A stretch of DNA of 64,000 nucleotides from the NCBI GenBank assembly GCA_043228905.1, contig JBHGNT010000003.1, positions 12,152,001-12,216,000 of the forward strand, in the 5' to 3' direction. This document shows positions 49,582 through 60,560 of this stretch, in pieces (position 1 is the stretch's first letter; the number at the start of each line of letters is the position of its first letter). This DNA comes from Azolla caroliniana. Taxonomy: Eukaryota > Plantae > Polypodiophyta. The notes under the pieces were generated by a model, which was not told the DNA's origin, made no database searches, and was given only the letters and a program-made list of their open reading frames with translations. Both the position numbers and the translations under genes were made by a program.

Positions 49582-50352
49582 CTCCTTGCCACCCGCCTTC
49601 ACGTCGGGTTCACCAACTGTGTCGTGCCTTTCGGCTCCGGATCGTTTGCGTGAGTCGGGTGGGAACCACCGGGGTTTTGGACTAGGAAGAGGAGAGTTTT
49701 AAGGCTAATAAGAATATAAATATGTTGTAAGAAAGAGTTATAGCAAACTCGTGAATCCCACGAGTGTATTGTATTTGATTAATCAATATGAATATAAGAA
49801 TATAAATTTGGGTTGAAAGAGAATGATATAGAATCCTCGTGAATCCCACGAGTATAGTTTATTAATTGGTGTTTTTTAGAAACATATCCAGTTTCCAAAT
49901 ATTTTTCACACACAATTACATTGTGCTCCCCATCCTTATGTAGTGATGAGGAAGTCTTAGTAATCCATGCTTTTTCTCTAACTATAGACCCCATGCTTTT
50001 CCTATAGATAGACTATATGCTTTATCTAAAGTGATCATGCTTTTTTCTAACTTGTGCGTTTTTTATCATGCACGCTAGATGTGTATGTGTAGCTTTTTCT
50101 TTTGTTATGCGTTTTTCTAATGTTTATCCTAGCGTGAATTTACCTTTCTATGTGGGACATCTATGCTTTAACACTAATGAAATGCTAGTGTAATGGTAAG
50201 ACATTACATTATTAACATGGAGGTGCAAGGTTCGAATCTTGCCCTATGCATGTTCCATTTATTTTGCTATTTTCTTCTATTTCTTCATTTTTTATTGAAT
50301 CTAATACTATATACGTTTTTCACGTAGTGTACAAAATACACTACGACAACGT

Positions 50353-53300
50353 ATGATATTGATAACGTGGGAATCCATGGGCATGCCAAAAATCTATGTT
50401 GCTTGCAGTCGTGCTGGTCCCAAGATTACTTGCTTTTGGTTATCGAAAGTTGGCTCGCCGGGACGCGGTGTTAGATACAAACGTCGTGATAATGCATCTG
50501 CCTTCCCTTGGTGCTTCCCCGGACGATATGTAATTTTGAAGTTGAAACGTGTGAGGAAGTGGGCCCACCGAGCTTGACGTCGATTTAACACACGAGCATC
50601 CTGAAAGTAGGCAAGGTTTTTATGGTCACTGAATACGGTGACTTGATGAGAGGATCCCTCTAAAAAATGCCTCCATTGCATAAACAAGTCCACTATTGCC
50701 AATAGCTCCTTATCATGAATTTCGTAGTTGATTTCGGCAGCGTCAAACTTGCGTGAGTGAAAAGCCACATGATGTAGCTTCTCATCATTACCCCGTTGTG
50801 ACAGAATGCTCCCAAATGCGAAATCCGACGCGTCAGCTTCGATAATGAATGATTTTTCCGGATCGACATGAGCTAGAATTGGAGCCGATGTAAATTCCTT
50901 TTTAAGACTCTCAAAAGCCATATCTGCTTCTTCAAACCAAACAAATGATTGTCCCTTCCTGGTAAGCTGTCTGAGAGGCAGAATGAGCTTTGAGTAATCT
51001 TGTATAAACTTCCGGTAAAAATTGGCAAAGCCTAAAAAGCATTGCACATCCCGTACCGAGCACGGAGTCTGCCATTCTACCACCGTCTTGATGTTAGCTG
51101 GGTTCATGGAGATGCCTTCTGATGAAATGACGTAACCAAGAAATTCCATCTGGTTGCACCCGAAACTACATTTTTCTAGCTTTGCATAAAGACCATGTTC
51201 TCAAAGTCGATTTAGTACTAACAATACATGAGAATCATGCTCTTCTTCGGTCTTTGAATAAGCCAGTAGATCATCCAAGTAGATGATCAGACACACATCC
51301 AAGAGATATCGGAATATATCATTTGCCATGTGCTGGAAGACTCCTGGCGCATTAGTGAGGCCGAACGGCATGACCGTATGCTCGAAGTGCCCATATCTAG
51401 TGCGGAACGCGGTCTTCCATTCTTCTCCTGGAAAAGTCAATCTTTGTGAAGAACCTGGCACCATTGATTCGTTCTAAAAGACTGAGATAAGGGGAAGTGC
51501 ATACCTATTGCGGATTGTAACTTTATTCAAGGCACGGTAATCTACCACCAGACGAAGTGAGCAATCCTTTTTCTTGACGAAGAAAATGGGTGTGCCAGCT
51601 GGAGATTTCAAATGTCGAATGAATCCATTCTCCAAATTCTCCTCTATATAGGCTCGAAGGACTTCTAGCTCAGTTGGTGACAAATTGTAGATCGGTCCCC
51701 ATGGTGGCTCCTTCCCCGGTTGTAAATCGATGGGGCAATCATATGGTTGATGGTGAGGAAGCGTATTGGCTCGTACTTTATCGAATACATCGACATAATG
51801 ATGATACTTCTTTGGAAGCTGAACGGTGGACTCCTCTTTAATGGTGTCGGAGGTTTTTAGGGATATTGCGAAGAGAAACATTTCTTCCTTGCGTCCTTCT
51901 TCCCACAACTGATGTAGTGAAATGGTGGCAATCTTCTGAGTAGATCCTCGGGTTTGTCAACATTGGATTTCTCTTGTTCTCCAATCTATGTCTGGGTTAT
52001 GTAACTCGAACCATGGTAATCCCAAAACAATGGGATGTTTTGAGATACTAATAATGTTAAATGATACTACACATGCTAAGTTATCTAGGACAATATTAAC
52101 GAGTTCTGACTCTTCTATGATATTTCCAGAGGCAATGGGACGACCATCAATGACGACTACAAAGGCTGAACATGGGAGTTTTCTAAGAGATATCTGATGA
52201 GCTTGGGCAAAATTCCTATCCATAAAGAAAGAATTAGCTCCAAAGTCTAGAAGTGCTAAGACGTGTACTGGCAGGGTACTTTTAGTACTAACTGTTACTT
52301 GGGCTACGAACACATTGCTAACTTGCTTAGAGGGAATGGAACCACTAATGGGCTGCACAAATCTAGGGTTGTCCAACCAAACGACTCCTATTTTGGCTGG
52401 ACTTAGTAGTTTAACTCTTCTTCTAACTTACTAAGGACATCAAATTTGTTCGCTAGATCTAGACTATTAGAACTATTAGTACTATCAGATATCCCTACTG
52501 TAATAGGCTCGGGTTTAGTACAATTAGAACTAGCAACTATTTGGTTTACTTGTCTTCTTGGCCTATGGGGACAATTTATTGCAATGTGTCCAGGTCCACT
52601 GCAGTAGAGACATAGTCGATTTGTTCGGCGTCGCTGCTTTTCTTCTTCGGATAATGGCCCTCGACGACGTGTAGTGTCAATCTCCATCGGAGTCGAAGTA
52701 TTCACTAGAGGCGCATTATAGGACTCCCTCAGTAAAGGTTTTGCTACCATTGAGGCATAGGTGGATTTTGATCTTGCCCTCGGCATCTGTAGCTATCGTT
52801 CCGAACGTCGCTCAAAGAGGCGGTTGTCACATCTCACCGCACGGCTAATTGCTTCTGTTAAGGACTTTGGCTCTTCAGGGAAGGTCAAGAGTAAATCCTT
52901 GACATCGTTGCGTAAACCATAACGAAATTGCTCCATCAACGCTTGATCATGCCAAGGGATGTCAGCGGCGAGTAGGCGGAAATCTGCAGCGTATGCGGAG
53001 GCTGGACGGTCTCCTTGGCGTAATCGCCGGATTTTGTTGATTGCGGTCCTTATGTTGTCAGTATCTCCAAAGCATGCTTTAAACTCACCTATAAACTCTT
53101 CAAAATTGTTGAGTAATGGAGACTCCTTTTCCAACAATGGAGTGAACCATGCCAACGCTGAGCCACTTAACAACGTCCCTACTAAACCCACTCATGATGC
53201 ATCGATAGGATATCGGGAAGGATGCATTTGAATAACTAATCATACCTGATTAAGGAACCCTCTAAACTGCGATCGTGTTCCATCGAACTTCGTGGGAAGG

Positions 53301-53553
53301 CCAATCTTGGGTTCCTTATGAATCCCTTGTGTTTCGTAGCCTTGTTGTTGCATTGCTACAATGGTTGCTTCGAGTTGTTGCACACGTAATGCAAGTTCCC
53401 CATGTTGTTGTTGCGTTTGCTACTTTTCTAAGGAGATTTGTTGAAGATCCCCCAAAAACCGTTGATTTTCTTGTTCCAAAGCAAGGAACTTCTCTTTCAA
53501 GCATTGAAACTCTGAGAAAACAAATTGATATTCCTGAGCGCTAACAGTGGCCA
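50353..53553 (-). pseudogene. Element I gag-PR-RT-RNase H (degenerate)
   Basis: ORFs 52793-53191, 52403-52786, 51957-52376, 51474-51908, 51201-51464, 50394-51149. Confidence 0.88.
52362..52415 (-). promoter_or_regulatory. Putative -1 ribosomal frameshift signal of I (G UUA AAC plus 11-bp stem)
   Basis: Heptamer one codon before the gag stop; -1 frame open into PR; stem GTCCAGCCAAA/TTTGGTTGGAC starts 6 nt downstream. Confidence 0.75.
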
Positions 53554-54430
53554 TGGGATGAAAACAAAAGAGGAATAAGAGATTAGTATGAAGGGAGAGA
53601 GACAGAAGGGCAAATTGGTTCCAACAATCAAGAATAGTACTAAACAGAGAGAGAATTAGTATTAGAGAAGGGAAGTACTATTAGTACTAAGAGGACGGGA
53701 CTGCGTAAGACTCCCGAGAGAGGAAGAGAGAAGAGGAGAGAGAGAGATAGTGAGGACGAGAGAGAGAGAGAGATGATGATAACATATTATATATTAGAAG
53801 AAGAGTAAGTACAAAAGGGCTATGAGGCCAAAGACTGGCGTTGAACCAAATTGGTTCAACATAATGCCTAGTGCCCTCTTTTATAGTGTTCTCAGGAGTA
53901 ATCCTGAAGCTTCTAGAATGTTCCAGAGAAATCGGGAATATATATTAATTTCCTATAATAAAATGTAAATGAAAATAATATCCTACATATTACAATAGAT
54001 GATATAATGGTCAAGGGCTCGACCCATATAACCTAAGGTCATGGGTTTGAGTCTTGCCATATCATGACAGATATAGCCAATCCATCGTAGTAGAGCAATA
54101 TCGGGTGTAGCACAACCGGATATCATCCCAAGAATAGGTACACAATCGGTTTCGATTATGACTTCCATTTCGATAAGGTAGTCGCGATCGATTTTAACCG
54201 TGGATACTATCCCCCATAGCTCTCTCTGTACTTGTGCATACTTTCTTTGTCTTTTGGTCAACCCCTTTGCACCGAATCAAATTGCATACCGATTTTTGTC
54301 TTTGTCTTCTTGGTTAATCACCCATCCAATTCCGGTTGGGCTCATAGCCACTGTCACATATATCGGGGTACCTTCGGTGTAGTCGCCTTTGCGCAATGCT
54401 GGAGCTTCCAATAATAGTTTCTTCAACTTT

Positions 54431-57269
54431 TGAAAGCTCTTCCACTTTTTCCAGATTCTGTCGTGCTCTCCCCGCGCAAGGAACCGAGCAGACGGTTCAC
54501 ACGCAAAGAGAAGGGGAAGAAGAAGATGTCGGAATACAAAACCGGCAACGTTGAGTCAGATCAGAGCGAATCCGACTCCGGAAAGGATGAAGTTGGATCT
54601 TCAGGAGCAAAGACCGAACCGGCCAAGAAGGGCCTTAAACCAGGTAACGATAAGTTATGCCGGTCTTCCCGCCAGAAGAACCCCGTGAAGCGGTATAGGT
54701 ACAATGAGTACATGGCGCATCACTATGCATACATGACCAAGGTGGCGGAAGTGTGTGAGCCGGAGAGCTACGCAGAAGCAGAAAAGGACGCAAATTGGCG
54801 TGCCGCTATGGAGGAAGAAATGCGAGCACTTGATGCCAACGACACATGGGACCTAGTTGACCCTCCCCGACGTTGTAAACCGATCGGATGTAAGTGGGTG
54901 TACAAGGTAAAGTACAATGCCGACGGTTCAGTTAACTAGTACAAGGCCCGGTTAGTGGCGAAGGGATACGCGCAGACCCACGGAATCGACTATGATGAGA
55001 CCTTTGCTCCTGTAGGGAAGATGGTGACGGTTCGTGTGGTGTTGGCGGTTGCTGCGACAAGGGGGTGGCATCTTCACCAGATGGACGTGAATAATGCGAT
55101 CTTGAAGAAGAGGTCTTCATGACCCAACCCTCTGGTTTCCAGTCGGAGATGAACAAATCGGTGGTATGTTGGCTGAAGAAGTTACTTTATGGCCTGATGC
55201 AAGCCCCTCAAGTCACCGGTTGCGTAAGATGGGGTTTGCGGCCTCCAAGTCTGACTCTTTGTTGTTCATCCGGAAAGGTCCAGATGGTCTGGTTTGCATC
55301 TTGCTGTATGTTGATGATCTAGTCATCACCGGACCTGAACTCGATGAAATCAGCCGAGTCAAGTCCCAATTGTCGGAAGCATTTGAGATGAAGGACCTGG
55401 GGGACCTTCACTATTTCCTTGGGATCGAGTTGATCCGAACCCCCGACGGCATATTGCTCTCACAAAGAAACTATGTGTTGAGTATGATGTACAAGTTCGG
55501 CATGACGGAATGCCGACCAATCTCCACACCCCTGGACCGGAACCAGAAACTCCGTCTCGACTCCGGACCGACCTGCGATGAGAAGCGGTTCCGACAAATC
55601 GTCGAAACCCTTATATATTTGATGATCACCCGACCCGACATCAGTTATCTGGTCGGCATGATCAACCAATATATGCAAAAGCCGACCGTGGAGCAACTTT
55701 TGTGCGCGCATCGAATTTTGCGATATGTGAGTGGCACGAAGGACCGGGGACTGTTATACGGGCATGGTATAACCAAAGAGCTAGTCGGCTACACCGATGC
55801 CGACTGGGCCAGCGATGCATCATATCGCCGATCCACCTCCGGCTATATGTTTTCCCTTGGTAGTGCGACTATTGCATGGAGCAGCAAAAAGCAGCCAACA
55901 ATGGCCCTTTCCAGCACTGAGGTTGAATACCGGGGCGCTACCGTTGCCACCAAAGAAGCCATTTGGCTTCGGCGACTGCTGCAAGACCTGTGGATCGAGG
56001 TGCCGACCCCGATCCTGATCTACTACGAAAACATAAGCAACATGCAGCTCGCCAAGAACCCTGTATTCCATGCTCGCACAAAGCACATAGAAGTGCACTA
56101 CCACTTCGTGCGTGAGCATGTCCTGAGCGGTGAAGTCGAACTTCGGTATGTTCATATGGATCGACAAGTTGCCGACATCTTCACCAAACCGTTCGAGTTG
56201 GACACGTTGCAGCACTTCACCAAAATGCTTGGTGTTCAACATCTCGACGTGCCACACTTGAGGGGGAGAACGGGCAAAGACAATAGAATGGGCAAAGGCA
56301 AAGAAATTGTTGATTGCGCTGGTGAGGGAAGAACCGACAAAGGGAGAGACAAGAAGAAGGAAGTTTCCGAGTTGACAAAGGAAGTTGACACATCCGAACA
56401 AGTCAGAACAAGCAGCAGCGACAGCAGATTCAAGAAGGACAGAGCCGACCGGAAGAAGAAGGCCAAGACCTAGACTTGGTCCAATGTGGTGAAGGGCCTG
56501 GAACCGGAAGACGAATCGGGAGCGACCGATTCGGTTCAACAGACGGATTCAAAACAACCGGATCAATTCAAGGCCAATAGGACGAGAAGGCAGCGAAAGT
56601 CGACGCCAACATGAAGGAATCGGCAAATCAGCAAGCGCCGAAGTCACAATAGCGAGGGAGCTGAATTGGGCCTGTTGAGTAGACAAGCTGACGGAGGAGG
56701 TCGAGGTGCGCAGAATCAGAAGGGTCGCCACAAACGAGACTGGACCGGACGAGGAGCGTGAGCGAGGCGGAGTGACGCTAGAAGGAGCCAGGTGGAAGGA
56801 TCGACTACCATGGAGACTGACACTACGATCCGACCTCGAGTTGAGTTTGAGGGGGAGTGTTGAGCGGCAAGCTCAACCGGATCCAGATCGGCTGAATAAG
56901 CCTGAGCCGGATCGGCATCCGGAAGGATGAGCCGGATCGGTGAGTTGGGGAGCCGGTTAGCCAGATCCAGCAATAACTGGAAACCTAGTAGCAGCCTACA
57001 CTACTAGGTAGTTAATGTCTCATAGTTAGTGCCAGACGCTCATGTGAGCATTGAAGTACACCGTACTTCTGTCAATCCTCTTAGGACTTGTCTAAATAGT
57101 GTTGTTGAGCATGTTGTATGTACAAAGAATTTTACAGAGTTTTTGATAATAGATTTAAGTTGTTCTGCTCGTTCTCTGTCTCTCCTGCGTACCTTCTGTG
57201 TGTTAATCTCTCTCTCACTCTCTCTGTTGCTATCCGGTTGTCTAAAGCTTCCGCACCTTCATTTTGACA
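54431..57269 (+). mobile_element. Copia element J, 3' half (RT, RNase H, PPT, 3' LTR 56858-57269)
   Basis: CKWVYKVK, LYVDDL, YTDADWA, VFHARTKHIEVHYHFVRE; PPT TTGAGGGGGAG; LTR TGTTGAG...TTTGACA. Confidence 0.9.
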
Positions 57270-57982
57270 TCCTTCATGCTAATGACATAGCGCAATATCC
57301 TGTGCACGCACTAAAGATGCTCGACCATCATCTTTTGCATGAATCGCATGATCACACCAACCGGATAGCTCAAATTAGGTCGTGTGATCATAAGATAGAT
57401 GAGGCTTCCGGTGATTTTCCAAAACCATTTTTCATCGCAAGTCGACGCTGAGTCGTGGCAATGTTGCAGAATCCTATCAAGAGGAGTTGTGACAGATCGA
57501 CAATCCGTCATTTCCAACTTGTATAACATGTTCAGGACATAGTGCCTCTGGGTCAACAATATGTCGTTAAAGGTGTGGACCACTTCGATCTCAAGGAAGT
57601 AATGAAGGTTCCCCAAGTCCTTCATCTCAAATGCAACCGACAATTGGGACCCTAACTCGGCCGATTTTGACAAAGTTGGCTCTAGTGATGACCAAGTCAT
57701 ACACATATATTAGTATGCAAACTAGACCCTTTTGGCCTTTTTGGATGAACAAAGAAGATTCGGGCTTTGATGCCTCAAACCCCATCTTATGCAATCGTTG
57801 CATGATTTTGGCGTTCCAAGCTCGATGGGCTTACTTGAGGCCATAAAGTGACTTCTTCAGTCGGCACACTGCCAACTTGTTCATCTCGAAACAAAACCCA
57901 GGGGGTTGTACCATGTAGACCTATTCCAAGATCACCTTGCAGGAATGCATTCTTCATACCTTTGAGCTGGATTGATGTAGAG
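57270..57982 (-). mobile_element. Copia RT fragment K (host of J)
   Basis: ORF 57311-57706 FEMKDLGNLHYFLEIEV..SLIYLMITRPNLSY; KNAFLQG near 57940. Confidence 0.8.
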
Positions 57983-58320
57983 TGTTACGGGCATGACCAT
58001 ATAATATCACGTGGTGAGAATTTACTGGAGTATTCTATACATGTGGATAAAGTGTGAGGGTTAAACGAGAGTGTAAAGAAGGGGAGGATTACTTTTAATC
58101 CTCGGGATTGAAACAACCAATTAGGCCAAGTGTGAACTTACCTAGGGGCCTTAGCTCTGGCTATAAATATTAGTCCTAGCTACCCTCATTTGATACATTA
58201 TCGACTACGTCGAGACTATTCTCGTGGGTCAACTCAACTCGACGCCACGACGGAGGTATGGGACGTTGTTGGGATAGTTGTGGTTTGTGCGGCGAAGTCA
58301 CAGGGACTAAGGTTAAGGGG
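57983..58320 (+). mobile_element. Probable LTR fragment P inserted in K and interrupted by O
   Basis: Starts TGTTAC where K coding sequence stops; CTATAAAT followed by TCATTTGATACA as in LTR promoters; no partner LTR in the window. Confidence 0.45.
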
Positions 58321-58560
58321 TGTTGAAGGAACTTTTATAAGGCTTGCGCACAAATGTTAGGAAGATTAAGGATAAGAAGAATAAGAGTTTAAAGTAATGT
58401 GTGTGAGAGAGAGACGAGTATAGATAAAAGATAGAAACAATATGATTCAAGAAGCAAGATAGAGACAAAGTATGATTTAAGAAAAAAAAGCATATGATAT
58501 AAACATGATGTATATTACGAATACAAAATTTTACTAACTTTACAATGCTTGATAGCAAGA

Positions 58561-59174
58561 TGAACTCTTTCTCTATAAACTACTCCATCTTGGAAACACG
58601 AGCCTCTTCACCAACAAGCTAACTTATTTGTTTGATTATCTTATTTCTCTAACTTTCTCTTGATTCCTTCCTTTCTTGTTTTCCTTGCCCCTCTTTATAT
58701 AAGTATTGTCATGCATATTGTAATGTGTGGGAGGATGGCATGCATGCAATGCATGACTTTCATGTGATGCATGATCGCCATTTGGCATACATGCATTACA
58801 TGTGATGCATGATAGCCATTTGGCGTACATGCATTATATGTTATGCATAATAGCCATCATGCTCATTTGAACTCTTTCTCTACAAACTACTCCATCTTGG
58901 AAACACGAGCCTCTTCACCAACAAGCTAACTTATTTGTTTGATTATCTTATTTCTCTAACTTTCTCTTGATTCCTTCCTTTCTTGTTTTCCTTGTCCCTC
59001 TTTATATAAGTATTGTCATGTATATTGTAATGTGTGGGAGGATGGCATGCATGCAATGCATGACTTTCATGTGATGCATGATCGCCATTTGGCATACATG
59101 CATTACATGTGATGCATGATAGCCATTTGGCGTACATGCATTATATGTTATGCATAATTGCCATCATGCTCATT
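58561..59174. repeat. 307-bp tandem duplication inside the O LTR
   Basis: 58561-58867 repeated at 58868-59174 with few differences. Confidence 0.92.
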
Positions 59175-59239
59175 TGAGCTCTCATGTATGAAAATAGATA
59201 TAGGATAAATACAATGATGGAAATATGTCTTTTAAAACA

Positions 59240-59445
59240 AATAACTTAGCTTAGTGGTATATACCTTGTGCTTGGTATACAAGGTTGGGGGTTTGAGTCT
59301 CTCAATTTTACTTCATACAACATTTAGCTTCATTCTTATATCATGAAGCATATTCTTTACAATATCTTTAAAAATAAATAGCCTAGCTTCGGGGTATGTA
59401 TATTGTACTTCATATATAAGGGTGTGGGTTCAAGTCTCTCAAATA
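59240..59445 (+). promoter_or_regulatory. Two tRNA-like modules in the LTR of O
   Basis: TAGCTTAGTGG..CCTTGTG-CTTGGTA-TACAAGG..GGGGG-TTTGAGT-CTCTC and TAGCTTCGGGG..GTGGGTTCAAGTCTC. Confidence 0.55.
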
Positions 59446-60560
59446 TTACTAAATACAATATTTAAGTTCATTTTTATATCGTCAAGCACATTCTTCATGA
59501 CACCCACCCCCTCTCAACTTGCACATTGGTTGTGCAGAGTTCATCCAACACTTCTTCCGATTCTTTTAGTTCTTCTACTTCTTCATAAAATTCGGGCTCT
59601 AGTGACTCCCTCCTTTTAAATATTTTAATCCTTTTTCCTGCAATTGGCATACAAATTTCTATCCCATCTAATTCATTGAGGAAATATGCGGCCTTATTTG
59701 TTATTTTCCTAACTTCATAAGGTCCAAACCATCTTTTTTTTATTTCCGAATAATACTGTATTGATTATGTAGGCCACTATCATATACTAATACCCAGTCT
59801 CCCTCTTGCACCTTCCTTGGTCATATTCTTTTTATCTTGTCAAATCTGTCCTTATTCTTGATTCTTGCCTCTTTCAATCTAGTTGTTTCTTTTTCTATGT
59901 CTTCTGTCCTGGATTGAAGTTGTTGTATCCGAATAGCAAGTAAATCTTCCCTACTCATTTCTGATTCCCAAGGTAACACAACCCATGTAGTTATCTTTTC
60001 TTCAATTGGCATTATAGGCTTCTGTCTTGTGATTAATTCTGCAAGCATATATCCAGTAACAGTGCTATGAGTTATCCTATCAGCCTATAGTGCATAGGGT
60101 AAGACATTTGGCCAATCACGGACCCCTCCTTTACATGCCTTTGCTAAAGCTTTGACTATTGGCCCATGTCCCCTTTCTATCTTTCCATTAGCTTTCGGAT
60201 TGTATGCCGTTGTCAAAGATAGCCGAATCCCTATTTTGTCGAAAAAATCTTGAGCTTCTGCAAAATTGAGCTCTCCCCTATCTGCTACTATCTTCCCGAT
60301 ACATCCATATCTACAAACAATGTCCTCCAAGATGAATTGACATACTCCTAATGTCCCTTTTGTTCGCAATGCACACCCTTCCACTTGATTTGTTAGATCT
60401 TCTCTTGCAAGAACCAAGTATATCTTTTGTCCTAATCCAAGTGGCGTTGTTACCAAATCTATCATCAACTTGTAATGCACCCCCGGTGACTATGTTGGGT
60501 GTAACTCATCAGAAAATCGTACATTTGAATAATATTGACAAGTGGGACAAGTTTCCACAT

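Larger units (their letters stand above)
46830..50348 (-). mobile_element. Very young non-autonomous gag-only element G (F family)
   Basis: 4-bp TSD ACGT at 46826-46829 and 50349-50352; 729-bp LTRs 46830-47558 and 49620-50348 with no difference seen by eye; 18-nt PBS TGGTGAACCCGACGTGAA complementary to the plant tRNA-Trp 3' end; PPT GGAGGGGGCGAG. Confidence 0.96.
44874..54069 (-). mobile_element. Chromovirus (Tcn1-like) gypsy element I, host of G
   Basis: TSD GATAT at 44869-44873 and 54070-54074; LTRs 44874-45331 and about 53626-54069; PPT AAAGGGGGAGATAG; gag with CLYCSGPGHIAINC, PR LLDFGA, RT YLDD, RNase H EADAS, integrase and chromodomain. Confidence 0.95.
42664..54430 (-). mobile_element. 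Old F-related gypsy element H (3' LTR 42664-43319, integrase and RNase H), split by I, 5'-truncated
   Basis: TGTTG...CAACA LTR; PPT region CCCCCACCAAACCTGCACATCCTCCGG like F/G; integrase fragments 43390-44468 (LAREDLTNQVEGRAL); RNase H resumes at 54075 (YAQVQRELWG). Confidence 0.85.
58321..60560 (-). mobile_element. Old F-related gypsy element O: 3' LTR (58321-59502) and integrase
   Basis: TGTTGAAG...TTCATGACA then PPT complement CCCACCCCCTCTC; ORFs 59821-60048 and 60085-60480 (LAREDLTNQVEG, ADRGEL, ANGKIERGH). Confidence 0.8.
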
